Part shown: positions 49,667-58,612 of the stretch, one piece after another
Position numbering within the stretch: the first letter of the stretch is position 1
Layout: each line of letters begins with the position of its first letter
DNA from: Dehalococcoidia bacterium
GTDB taxonomy: Bacteria > Chloroflexota > Dehalococcoidia > Bin125
NCBI GenBank assembly: GCA_963663235.2
Contig: CAXXNO010000002.1
Coordinates: 1-64,000 of the forward strand
Direction: 5' to 3'
Length of the DNA: 64,000 bases
Program-made: the position numbers and the translations under genes
Notes under the pieces: model-generated
Database searches by the model: none
What the model was told of the DNA's origin: nothing
What the model saw: the letters and a program-made list of their open reading frames with translations, nothing else

Positions 49667-51019
49667 ATGCCCGTGGGCCGTCCGGTGTTCGCCTGTGTCT
49701 CGCCTCACCCGCCGGTCATCGTGCCCGCCGTCGGACACGGTCGCGAACGGGAGACAAGCGCAACCATCGAGGCCCTGGCAACGCTGCGGGCGAGGCTCGC
49801 GGCGGCCGCCCCGGACACCCTGATCGTGATCTGCCCGCACGGGCCGGTCGCCGCCGACCGATTCGCGATCCTCGACGGTCCCCTGCGCGGCGACCTGGGC
49901 CGTTTCGGCGCCGGCGCGCTGCGCTTCGAGCGCTCGTGCGATTCCGAGCTCGTCCAGGCGATCCTCGAGGCGTGCGAGCGGCGCGGCGTCCCGCTCAAGG
50001 CCGTCGGCGACTGGGAGCGCGACGACCACTCGGCCTGGGTGCCGCTGCATTTTTTGCAGGACGCCGCGCCCGGCGCACCGGTCGTGATGCTGGCGATCAG
50101 CTTGCTGCCGCCGCAGGCGCACCACGAGCTGGGCTGCGCGATGGCCGAAGCCATCGCGAAGACGGACAGACGCGTCGCCATCATCGCCAGCGCCGACGGC
50201 TCGCACGCGCTGAACTCCGACGGCCCCTACGGCTTCCACCCGGCCGGGCCGCGCTTTGAAGAGGAGTTCCAGCGCGCCTTCCAGGCCTGGGACGTGAGCG
50301 CGGTGCTCGCCTTCGATGACGCCTATCGGCGCGACGCCGCCGAGGACGCCGTGCCCTCGCTCGCGATCCTGATGGGTGCGCTCTCGCTCCATGAAGCGCG
50401 ACCGCGCATCCTCGCGGCCGAGGGCCCTTGGGGCGTTGGCTATATGACGGGCCTCGTGGAGATCGGAGCGCCGGAAACGGACGCTCCTGTTCCGGACATC
50501 ACTGGGGCCTCGGACGTCACGGGCCTGGCGCGCGCAGCCGTGGAGAGCCACGTGCGCGAGGGTCGCAGGCTGGAATCCAACGGGGCGCTGCCCGCCGCGT
50601 GGCAGGCGCAGCGGGCGGGGACCTTCGTCTCGATCTACGCCAGCGGCGAGCTGCGCGGCTGCGTGGGAACCGTGCGCCCCAAACACGCATCGGTGGCTGC
50701 GGAGATCGTCGAGAATGCCATCGCTGCGGCGGAGGCGGACCCCCGCTTTCCCCCCGTGCGAGCGCACGAACTTGACCGGCTCACGTACAAGGTGGACGTG
50801 CTCTCCACGCCCGAGCCGATCGCCGGCCCGACCGACCTGGACGTGCGGCGCTACGGCGTGGTGGTGGAGGCCGGTCCGCGCCGTGGCGTGCTCCTGCCGG
50901 ACCTCGCCGGCGTGCAAGACGTGGAGCAGCAAGTTGCGATCGCCCGGGCCAAAGCGGAGATCCCGCCGGACGCGCCCGCGGCGCTGTTCCGCTTTGAGAT
51001 CCGGCGCTACGCGGAGTAG
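49667..51019 (+). CDS. Memo/LigB-like + AMMECR1 fusion (AmmeMemoRadiSam system protein)
   Basis: N-terminal 'SPHPP', 'PHG', 'DHSAWVPL', 'SADGSH', 'EGPWGVGY'; C-terminal 'GTFVS', 'LRGCVG', 'DPRF', 'GVLLPDL'. Confidence 0.88.
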   Translation: MPVGRPVFACVSPHPPVIVPAVGHGRERETSATIEALATLRARLAAAAPDTLIVICPHGPVAADRFAILDGPLRGDLGRFGAGALRFERSCDSELVQAILEACERRGVPLKAVGDWERDDHSAWVPLHFLQDAAPGAPVVMLAISLLPPQAHHELGCAMAEAIAKTDRRVAIIASADGSHALNSDGPYGFHPAGPRFEEEFQRAFQAWDVSAVLAFDDAYRRDAAEDAVPSLAILMGALSLHEARPRILAAEGPWGVGYMTGLVEIGAPETDAPVPDITGASDVTGLARAAVESHVREGRRLESNGALPAAWQAQRAGTFVSIYASGELRGCVGTVRPKHASVAAEIVENAIAAAEADPRFPPVRAHELDRLTYKVDVLSTPEPIAGPTDLDVRRYGVVVEAGPRRGVLLPDLAGVQDVEQQVAIARAKAEIPPDAPAALFRFEIRRYAE

Positions 51020-51038
51020 GCCCGAATCGGGGACGCCC

Positions 51039-53417
51039 CTGGACAGCAAGACGCTCGAATACCTGGAGTTCCCCAAGATCACCGCCCGCCTGGCGGAGCA
51101 CTGCACCTCGCCCATGGGCCGCGAACTGGCTGGGACCCTGGTCCCGAGCGACGACGTGGACGAAGTGCTGCGGCGACAGCGCCTAACCGCCGAGGGCAAG
51201 CGTCTGCGACGGATCAAGCCGAGCTTCGCGCTCGGCGGCGCGGCGGACATCACACCGCTGGCGCACTCGGCGGCGCGCGGTGCTCAACTGCCGGCGAGCG
51301 AGTTGCTGGAGGCGCTCTCCTTCCTCCGCAGCGCCCGGCACACCCGCCACCACATCATTCCGCTGGCCGATCAGGTCCCGGCCCTGGCGGCCGATGCGCA
51401 GCGCATCGGCGAGTTCGGCCCCCTGATCGCCGAGATCGATCGCGCCCTCAGCCCCCGCGGTGAGATCCTGGACACGGCCAGCCCCACTTTGTCCGTGCTG
51501 CGCCGCGACGTGCAGGTCGCCCATGACCGGCTGCTGGACCGCGTCCAGCGCATCCTCAACCAGACGCTCGCCCGCGGCTACGCGCAGGAATCGATCATCA
51601 CGGAGCGCGACGGTCGTTATGTAATCCCGATCAAGGTCGACTCGCGCAGCCACGTCCCCGGGGTCGTGCACGATCTCTCCTCCAGCGGGGCGACGGCGTT
51701 CGTCGAGCCCTTGGGCGCGGTCGAGCTGGGGAACGGCTGGCGCGAAGCGCGCCTGCTGGAAGAGCGGGAAGTGGAGCGCGTGCTGCGCCGGCTGAGCGGC
51801 CTGCTGGGGGCAGAGGCCGGCGCGATCGTGGCCTCGGTGCGGGCGCTGGCCGAGATCGACCTGACCCTGGCCAAAGCGGACTTCGCCGCCGCCATCGATG
51901 CTCCCCTGCCGGCGGAAGGGGAGAACCAGGCGTGGATCGTCGAGGCGCCGAGCGAGCTGCGGCTGCAATCGGCCCGCCATCCGCTGCTGACCGGGGAAGT
52001 GGTGCCCATCTCTCTCGTGGCCGGGGGCGAGCAGCGCGGCGTGCTGATCACCGGCCCCAACACGGGCGGCAAGACCGTGGCGCTGAAGAGCGTGGGCCTG
52101 CTCACGCTCATGGCCCAAGCCGGGCTGCCGGTCCCCGCCGAAGCGGGCACGCAGATCCCGGTCTACGCCACGATCGCCGCCGACATCGGCGACGAGCAGA
52201 GCATCGAGCAGTCGCTCTCGACGTTCTCCTCGCACATGCGCAACATCATCCGCATCCTAGAAGCCGCGGGCCCGCAGAGCCTGGTGCTGCTGGACGAGCT
52301 GGGAGCAGGCACGGACCCCAGTGAAGGCAGCGCCCTGGGCCGCGCCATCCTCAAGCAACTGCTCGGCCTGGGCGCCACCTTCGTCGCGACCACGCACCAC
52401 GGGGAGCTGAAGATCTTTGCGCACGAGACGCCGGGGCTGATCAACGCCTCGGTCGAGTTCGACCACGAGACGCTGGCCCCCACCTACCGGCTCATGCTGG
52501 GCCTGCCCGGTCGCAGTAACGCGATCGCCATCGCGGAGCGCCTGGGGCTGCCCGCCCCCGTGCTCGCCGACGCGCGGGCCGCCTACACGCCCGGCGAGCA
52601 GAGCATGGAGCGCCTGCTGGAGGAGTTGCAGCGTGATCGCAGCGCCACGGGCGACGCCCGCAGCGCAGAGGAGTTCGCGCGCCACGAGGCCGAATCGATC
52701 CGCGACCAACTCCGGCAGCGCCTGGATCGCCTGGACGCCGAACGGGACGAAGTGCTGGCCAAGACGCAGATGGAGATGGAGCGCCAGCTCGGCGCCCTGC
52801 GCCAGTCCATCCGCGCGGCCGAGAAGCGGCTGGCGTCCGGGCGCAAAGCGGAAATCGAACAGGCGCGCGAGCGCGCGGCGGGAGCGCAGCGCCGCCTGGA
52901 GCGGGTGCGGCGCGAGCGCCGCCAGCCGCAGTCGCATCGGCGTCCGACGCCGCAGGAGCGCCTCGATCCCGCCTCGATCCGCCCCGGCGCGGTCGTGCAC
53001 CTGCGTGGCCTGGAACAGCCCGGCGAGGCGCTCACCGCCGTCGATGCGGACGGCATGCTGGCCGTGCAGCTGGGATCATTGCGGACGCGCGTGCGCAGCG
53101 ATCAGGTGGAGCGGCTGGGACAGCGCGAGGAACGCCGCGGCGACGTGCGCTACGCCGTGAGTATCGCCGACCCCGGCTCGCGCATCGAGGTCCGCGGCCA
53201 GACCTTGGACGAAGCGCTCCCGACGGTGGAGCGCTTCCTGGACCAAGCCTTCCGCGCGGGGCTGTCACGGGTCGAGGTCGTGCACGGGAAAGGCACCGGC
53301 ACGCTGCGCGAGGCCGTGCGCCAACTGCTGGGATCCCATCCGCTGGTCGGACGCTACACGCCGGCGAGCCAGGAAGAGGGCGGTGAAGGCGTGACCATCG
53401 TGCACTTGGCGCTGTAG
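51039..53417 (+). CDS. mutS2: Endonuclease MutS2 (Smr domain; ribosome-collision factor RqcU type)
   Basis: 'KTLEYLEF', 'HDLSSSGATAFVEP', 'TGPNTGGKT', 'DEQSIEQSLSTFSSH', 'LDELGAGTDP', Smr 'VHGKGTG'; probable CTG start. Confidence 0.93.
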   Translation: MDSKTLEYLEFPKITARLAEHCTSPMGRELAGTLVPSDDVDEVLRRQRLTAEGKRLRRIKPSFALGGAADITPLAHSAARGAQLPASELLEALSFLRSARHTRHHIIPLADQVPALAADAQRIGEFGPLIAEIDRALSPRGEILDTASPTLSVLRRDVQVAHDRLLDRVQRILNQTLARGYAQESIITERDGRYVIPIKVDSRSHVPGVVHDLSSSGATAFVEPLGAVELGNGWREARLLEEREVERVLRRLSGLLGAEAGAIVASVRALAEIDLTLAKADFAAAIDAPLPAEGENQAWIVEAPSELRLQSARHPLLTGEVVPISLVAGGEQRGVLITGPNTGGKTVALKSVGLLTLMAQAGLPVPAEAGTQIPVYATIAADIGDEQSIEQSLSTFSSHMRNIIRILEAAGPQSLVLLDELGAGTDPSEGSALGRAILKQLLGLGATFVATTHHGELKIFAHETPGLINASVEFDHETLAPTYRLMLGLPGRSNAIAIAERLGLPAPVLADARAAYTPGEQSMERLLEELQRDRSATGDARSAEEFARHEAESIRDQLRQRLDRLDAERDEVLAKTQMEMERQLGALRQSIRAAEKRLASGRKAEIEQARERAAGAQRRLERVRRERRQPQSHRRPTPQERLDPASIRPGAVVHLRGLEQPGEALTAVDADGMLAVQLGSLRTRVRSDQVERLGQREERRGDVRYAVSIADPGSRIEVRGQTLDEALPTVERFLDQAFRAGLSRVEVVHGKGTGTLREAVRQLLGSHPLVGRYTPASQEEGGEGVTIVHLAL

Positions 53418-54041
53418 ATGGCCATCTTCCGTCGCCTCGGCCGCGCGCTCATCTATGAAGACGACGTCCGTCGCCGCCGCAAGACGGTCCTGGAGCTCGC
53501 CGCGGCCGACTTCCTCTCGCCGCTGCGCACGCGCCGGGGCAAGAAGGGGGGCAAGGGCTATGCCGGCTGGGAGCTGAGCAATGTCGTCGGCGCCGCGTTC
53601 TGGTGCATGGCGCTTCTCTCGCAACGGCGGGAACGCTTTCCCATGCAGTTGCTCTCCCAGATCCATGAGGACACCGCCGCGGTAACGCCCTTCGTGCGGG
53701 AGAAGAAGGCCACGCAGGAGATCCTGGACGCCACATCCGGCATCGATGCGGACTCGCTCGTCGGATTTGCCGACGTGGCCATCAGCCGTTTTCAGCCGCC
53801 GGGGGCATCCGGCGAACCGCTGGTGCCAGCGCAGCCCGCGCATGAGATCCTCAGGGCCGCGTTGCTCCGCGGCGCCATGGCCGGGCACCTCCAGCCCCAG
53901 GACGTGCGCGATGCCTGGATCGCCGACCACCCGGAGGCGAAGAGTAATCCCGAGCGACACTGGCGCACCGCCCAGGGCAAAGCGGAGTCGCTCTATCGCG
54001 CCTGGCAGAAGAAGCGCGGCCCCAAGCGCCCCTTCACGTAG
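53418..54041 (+). CDS. Hypothetical protein
   Basis: 207-aa ORF starting directly after the mutS2 stop (TAGATG); plausible composition; no family recognised. Confidence 0.6.
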   Translation: MAIFRRLGRALIYEDDVRRRRKTVLELAAADFLSPLRTRRGKKGGKGYAGWELSNVVGAAFWCMALLSQRRERFPMQLLSQIHEDTAAVTPFVREKKATQEILDATSGIDADSLVGFADVAISRFQPPGASGEPLVPAQPAHEILRAALLRGAMAGHLQPQDVRDAWIADHPEAKSNPERHWRTAQGKAESLYRAWQKKRGPKRPFT

Positions 54042-54061
54042 CGCTACGGCGGCGGCGAGTT

Positions 54062-54124
54062 GCGCAGGGCACCGGGCGCAGGGCACCGGGCGCCGGCGCT
54101 ATCCTGAGGCTCTATCCTGAGGCT
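54062..54124. repeat. Two adjacent short tandem duplications upstream of rarA
   Basis: GCGCAGGGCACCGG x2 (54062-54089) and CTATCCTGAGGCT x2 (54099-54124). Confidence 0.85.
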
Positions 54125-54187
54125 GGGCGGCCCCCTGAGCCGTGCTCCAAGAGAGAGGGAAGCCCGATCGTCGCCCGGAAGCGTCGC

Positions 54188-55576
54188 GTGCCGAGCCGGT
54201 CGCTCTTCGACGACCAGGAAGCGCCCGCACCCGGGGCGCCGCTGGCGGCCCGCATGCGCCCGCGCGACTTTGATGAGTTCGCCGGCCAAGATCATCTCGT
54301 CGGCCCGGGGCGGCCGCTGCGCCAGGCGATCGAGGCGGACCACGTCCCCTCACTCATCCTCTGGGGACCACCGGGCAGCGGCAAAACCACGCTCGCGCGC
54401 ATCATCGCGCGGCAGACGAGCGCCTTCTTCGCGCCCATCTCGGCGGTGTCCAGCGGAGTGGCGGATCTGCGGGAGCTCATTCGCGACGCCCAGGAACGCC
54501 GCCGGGACCAGGGGCAGCGCACGATCCTCTTCATCGATGAGATCCACCGCTTCAACAAGGCGCAGCAGGACGCCATCCTTCCCTACGCCGAGGACGGGAC
54601 GGTCACGCTCATCGGCGCGACGACCGAGAACCCGTCGTTCGAAGTGATCGGCCCCTTGCTCTCCCGCACCCGGGTACACACCCTGCGGCGCCTGGAGCCG
54701 GACCAGATCCGGCCCCTGCTGGATCGCGCCCTGGCCGACCCGGACCGTGGCCTGGGGCCCCGCCCCCCGCCCGTCGGCCCCGAGGCCATGGAAGCGCTGA
54801 TCGCCCTGGCCAACGGCGACGCCCGCGTGGCGCTCAACGCCCTGGAGTCGAGCGTGCGTGCCGCCGCCGAGGGGGCCGGGGTGACGGCCGAGTTGGTGGA
54901 GGAGGTAGCCCAACGCCGGCTGATCCACGACAAGGCCGGCGACGCCCACTACGACACGATCTCCGCCTTCATCAAGTCGCTCCGCGGCTCCGACCCGGAC
55001 GCCGCCCTCTACTGGCTGGCGCGGATGCTGGAAGCGGGCGAGGATGCGCTGTTCATCGTGCGACGCATGGTGATCCTGGCAGCGGAGGACATCGGCCTGG
55101 CCGATCCGCAGGCGCTGTCGGTGGCGGTCGCGGCGCAGCAGGCGGTCCATTTCGTGGGCCTGCCGGAAGGCTTTTTACCTCTGGCGGAGGCCGTCCTCTA
55201 CCTGGCGCTGGCGCCCAAGAGCAACTCAGTGCTCAGCGCCTATGAGCGCGCCCTCTCGGACGTCAAGGCGCACGGCACCCTGCCCGTGCCGCTGCACCTG
55301 CGCAACGCGCCGACCGGGCTGATGCGATCGTTGGGCTACGGCGCGGGCTACCAGTACGCCCATGACCACCCCGACCACGTCGCGCCCGAGCAAGCCCACC
55401 TGCCCGACCCGCTCGTCGGGCATCGCTACTACGAGCCCGGCGAAACCGGCCAGGAGCCGGCGATCGCCGAGCGCCTGCGCGCCCGCCGGTCCCGCCCGGA
55501 ACAACGGCGCCGGGCGACCAATCCCGACGGGCGCGCCCGCCGGCCGGAGCCTCCCGATGGCCGACCGCGATCCTGA
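54188..55576 (+). CDS. rarA: Replication-associated recombination protein A (MgsA/RarA)
   Basis: 'PLAARMRP', '[10 protein letters not shown]', '[14 protein letters not shown]', 'GATTENPSF', '[16 protein letters not shown]', 'VPLHLRNA'. Confidence 0.95.
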   Translation: MPSRSLFDDQEAPAPGAPLAARMRPRDFDEFAGQDHLVGPGRPLRQAIEADHVPSLILWGPPGSGKTTLARIIARQTSAFFAPISAVSSGVADLRELIRDAQERRRDQGQRTILFIDEIHRFNKAQQDAILPYAEDGTVTLIGATTENPSFEVIGPLLSRTRVHTLRRLEPDQIRPLLDRALADPDRGLGPRPPPVGPEAMEALIALANGDARVALNALESSVRAAAEGAGVTAELVEEVAQRRLIHDKAGDAHYDTISAFIKSLRGSDPDAALYWLARMLEAGEDALFIVRRMVILAAEDIGLADPQALSVAVAAQQAVHFVGLPEGFLPLAEAVLYLALAPKSNSVLSAYERALSDVKAHGTLPVPLHLRNAPTGLMRSLGYGAGYQYAHDHPDHVAPEQAHLPDPLVGHRYYEPGETGQEPAIAERLRARRSRPEQRRRATNPDGRARRPEPPDGRPRS

Positions 55577-55964
55577 CGCCCCCTCACAGAGCGCCGCCGC
55601 GCGGCGCGGTGCGAAGCGAGGGCCGACGCGTCGCTTCGCCGGCCTCCCCGACGAGGCCGCGCACGCCATCGCCGCGTTCTTCGGTAGCGAACTGCGCGTG
55701 GAGCCGTACTGCGAGTCGGCGGACGCGCCCGTCTATCGCCTAAAACACCGCAGTCCGTCTGGGACGGTGGAGGTGGTGCTCTGGCCCCGCCTGGCGCGCG
55801 CCGACGTGCGCTGCGGCCCGCACACGTGGGTCGCGAAGGAGATCGCCGCGACCGAGATCGTGGAGGGCATCGAGGTGATCTTCCGCCCCTGCGCGGGCGG
55901 CCTACTCTTCGTCACCCTCGCCGGCGAGGTGCTCATGGTCAGCGGCGGTCAGCCCAGCGCTTAG
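55557..55964 (+). CDS. Hypothetical protein
   Basis: ~135-aa beta-rich ORF filling the gap between rarA and a convergent NUDIX gene. Confidence 0.55.
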   Translation: MADRDPDAPSQSAAARRGAKRGPTRRFAGLPDEAAHAIAAFFGSELRVEPYCESADAPVYRLKHRSPSGTVEVVLWPRLARADVRCGPHTWVAKEIAATEIVEGIEVIFRPCAGGLLFVTLAGEVLMVSGGQPSA

Positions 55965-56563
55965 CGCTGGAGCCCCAGTCGCTCCGCGACGAGCTCCAGA
56001 AAGCCGCGCAACATCAGCGCCGTCGCACCGGTCACGCGATGGGCACCCCAGGTGTACTCGGACATGATCACCATCTCACCCTGGCGTTCGACCGTGTAGT
56101 GGCGGGTATTGCCGACGTCCAGCAGGTGGCTCAGGGGAACCTCCAACACCTCCGCGACTTCCTTGGGACTGGGCCGGTACGGATAGGGCGCTCGTTGGAG
56201 CACGCCCACGAACGGGATCACGTGGAAGCCGGAGCGGGTCACGACGTCATCGAGCGGGCCCAGCACGTCCACATCGCTGGGCGCGATGCCCACCTCCTCC
56301 TGCGCTTCGCGCAGGGCCGCGGCTTGGGGGCCGGCGTCGCCCGGATCGATCACCCCACCCGGGAACGAGATCTCGCCTTTGTGATGCTCCACTTCCTGGG
56401 AGCGCACCGTCATGAGCACGTGGGGCTCGGCGGGGGCCGGGACCAAGGTCAGCAGCACGGCGGCCCGGCGCCGCCCGCCCGGCTCGATGGCCCGCCGCGT
56501 GTGCGCCCGTACGGCGGCGCGGATCCCGGCCCAGACATCGACCCCGGTCACGGATTCGTGCAT
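55961..56563 (-). CDS. CoA pyrophosphatase (NudL-like NUDIX)
   Basis: 'AAVL', 'HKGEISFPGG', 'AALREAQEEVG', 'EVAEVLEVPL', 'GATA'. Confidence 0.9.
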   Translation of the reverse strand: MHESVTGVDVWAGIRAAVRAHTRRAIEPGGRRRAAVLLTLVPAPAEPHVLMTVRSQEVEHHKGEISFPGGVIDPGDAGPQAAALREAQEEVGIAPSDVDVLGPLDDVVTRSGFHVIPFVGVLQRAPYPYRPSPKEVAEVLEVPLSHLLDVGNTRHYTVERQGEMVIMSEYTWGAHRVTGATALMLRGFLELVAERLGLQR

Positions 56564-56593
56564 CGATTCTGCGCCTATCTGCCCACCGTGGTG

Positions 56594-56669
56594 TGGTGGG
56601 CCGGGCTGGATTCGAACCAGCGACCGAGCGGTTATGAGCCGCTTGCTCTGACCCCTGAGCTACCGGCCC
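56594..56669 (-). tRNA. tRNA with CAT anticodon, most like tRNA-Ile2 (lysidine-modified)
   Basis: Reverse complement GGGCCGGTAGCTCAGGGGTCAGAGCAAGCGGCTCATAACCGCTCGGTCGCTGGTTCGAATCCAGCCCGGCCCACCA; G1:C72 paired (not initiator); body resembles Ile2. Confidence 0.92.
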
Positions 56670-56787
56670 CCCGGCGAGTCTAGGGGCTGACGTTGAGGTG
56701 AGCGCGCCCCTATCGCCGGCCGACCCGACGACGATGATCGAACAGACGCCGGGGAGAGGCATCGGCGCGCGGCGGAACGCGGGCACC

Positions 56788-57591
56788 ATGGACGACAAAG
56801 AATTCACCTACCTCACCAGCCGCATCCGCAAGCATCTGGACATCGACCTTGAGGCCTACAAGCCGGAGCAGATGCGGCGCCGTCTGACCGGTTTCGTCGA
56901 GCGCGAGGAGCGTGGCGGCGTGAGCCGCTTCTGTCGGCGCTTGCAACGCGAGCCGGATCTTCGCACAGCGCTGCGAGACACGATCACCATCAACGTCTCG
57001 GAGTTCTTCCGAGACGCCGCACCCTGGCCCAAGTTGCGATCCAAGCTGCTGCCGGAGCTCTTGGAGACGCGCCAGACGCTCAGGATTTGGAGCGCCGGCT
57101 GCTCCAACGGGCAGGAGCCCTACACCGTCGCCATGATCCTGGCGGATTTGCAGGCCGGCTCGCGGGCCCAGATTCTCGCCACGGACTTGGACCGAGTGAC
57201 GCTGGCGCGGGCGAAGGCGGGCGGGCCCTACCGCCCGGACGACGTCCGCAACGTCCCGCCCGCGCTACGGACGAAGCACCTGCGGGAAGCGGAGGATGGC
57301 TTCTACGTGGCGGACTTGCTGCGGAAGCGGGTCAGGTTTCGGGAACTGAATCTGCTGAGCGACGCATTCGACCGCGATTTCGACCTGGTCATCTGTCGCA
57401 ACGTCCTGATCTACTTCTCCAACGAGGCGAAGCTCCAGTTGCTGCGGCGCTTCTGCGACTCCCTCAGGCCGGGTGGCGTGCTCTTAGTGGGCGGCACCGA
57501 GGCGATTCTCTCGCCCGAGAGCCTGGGCTTGGAACGCCTGGGCGGCACCTTCTATCGCAACGCGCCCTCCCCCCAGCAGGCGGCCGCCTGA
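56788..57591 (+). CDS. cheR: CheR-type protein-glutamate O-methyltransferase
   Basis: 'YKPEQMRRRL', 'TINVSEFFRD', 'IWSAGCSNGQEPY', 'LATDLD', 'ICRNVLIYF', 'GGTE'. Confidence 0.92.
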   Translation: MDDKEFTYLTSRIRKHLDIDLEAYKPEQMRRRLTGFVEREERGGVSRFCRRLQREPDLRTALRDTITINVSEFFRDAAPWPKLRSKLLPELLETRQTLRIWSAGCSNGQEPYTVAMILADLQAGSRAQILATDLDRVTLARAKAGGPYRPDDVRNVPPALRTKHLREAEDGFYVADLLRKRVRFRELNLLSDAFDRDFDLVICRNVLIYFSNEAKLQLLRRFCDSLRPGGVLLVGGTEAILSPESLGLERLGGTFYRNAPSPQQAAA

Positions 57592-57646
57592 ACCCAAGGC
57601 GGGGCCTGGATTGGCGAGGCGAGGCCGCGCCGGTACGCTGAGGCGC

Positions 57647-58267
57647 ATGTACGGCCCGTCCCTTTGGATCCTGGACACCTCCCTCGTCCGCCGCCTGCTA
57701 CCCGCAGCCGTCGCCGGGGCCGTGCTCCTGGCGGCCTGCGGAGATGACGGTGACCGCGACGCCGGTCCGGCCGCGACGCCGGAGCCCGCGGGCGAAAGCA
57801 CCGCGTTGGCGGCCAGCGAGGACGCCGCGCCCCTCGCCGAGGCCGCGCTCCCGGATGGCGTGAAGCCCGTGGAGTTCGAGTCGGTGACCGTGCCCCTACA
57901 GACGCGCGACGGGCGCTCGCTCACCCTGCTGCTCGAGGTCGCCGATACGTTTGAGCGGCGGACCCGCGGCCTGATGTTCCGCACCGCGCTGCCGCCCGCA
58001 AGCGGCATGGTGTTCGCCTTCCCGGAAGAGACCCTGGGCCCCTTCTGGGCCAAGGACACGCCGCTGAGTCTGGACATCGCCTTCCTGGATGAGGAGGGGC
58101 GGATCCAGTCCATCCTGCGGCTGGAGAGGCTGAGCACGGAGCTCATCGCGCCGGAAGAGCCCTACCTCTACGCGGTGGAGATGGCAGCCGGTTGGTTCGC
58201 GGAGCAGGCGGTGGGGCCGGGGGACCGATTCTTGCTGCCATCCACGGTGGTGGGGATGCCCGACTGA
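57647..58267 (+). CDS. DUF192 family lipoprotein
   Basis: Lipobox 'LLAAC', 'EVADT..RRTRGLMFR', 'GMVF.F', 'FWAKDTPLSLDIAF'. Confidence 0.88.
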   Translation: MYGPSLWILDTSLVRRLLPAAVAGAVLLAACGDDGDRDAGPAATPEPAGESTALAASEDAAPLAEAALPDGVKPVEFESVTVPLQTRDGRSLTLLLEVADTFERRTRGLMFRTALPPASGMVFAFPEETLGPFWAKDTPLSLDIAFLDEEGRIQSILRLERLSTELIAPEEPYLYAVEMAAGWFAEQAVGPGDRFLLPSTVVGMPD

Positions 58268-58389
58268 TCGAGCCCAGACTTGACTGCCACGAGCATCGGC
58301 CCGGTGCTAGTATGCGCCTGCACACCCGCCGCCGGCGGCAGCCCGGCGGCTGAGCCATCGAATTGTTCATACCGTGAAAGGAGCATGGA

Positions 58390-58488
58390 GTGAGGAAGAT
58401 CTTCTTCGTTGGAGCGCTGTTCGCGGCTGTGGCGGCGTTCGGTAAGATGATCATGGGTCGGCGGCACGGAGAAGAGGACGACTCCTAG
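58390..58488 (+). CDS. Small 32-aa membrane peptide (MRKIFFVGALFAAVAAFGKMIMGRRHGEEDDS)
   Basis: Below the ORF-track cutoff; SD GAAAGGAG upstream, GTG start, single hydrophobic helix, extended -10 TGCTAGTAT upstream. Confidence 0.65.
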   Translation: MRKIFFVGALFAAVAAFGKMIMGRRHGEEDDS

Positions 58489-58612
58489 CTCCGCTCGTTT
58501 GCTCCATCGGCCCGCCGTCCGCCGCCGCCACTCGGGACCCGGTCGCCCAAGGCCGTCGCGCCGCTGCGACCGCGCGTCGCGGTAGGGGCTTTTCCGTGTC
58601 CAGAGCGGCCGG

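Noticed and set aside
48231-51019. Selenoprotein (in-frame UGA) or tRNA-Sec near selA
   Set aside because: No ORF nearby looks truncated at a Cys-equivalent UGA, and no selB, selC or selD seen in the window
56247-56807. 186-aa ORF spanning tRNA-Ile2
   Set aside because: Overlaps the tRNA and the NUDIX gene; spurious
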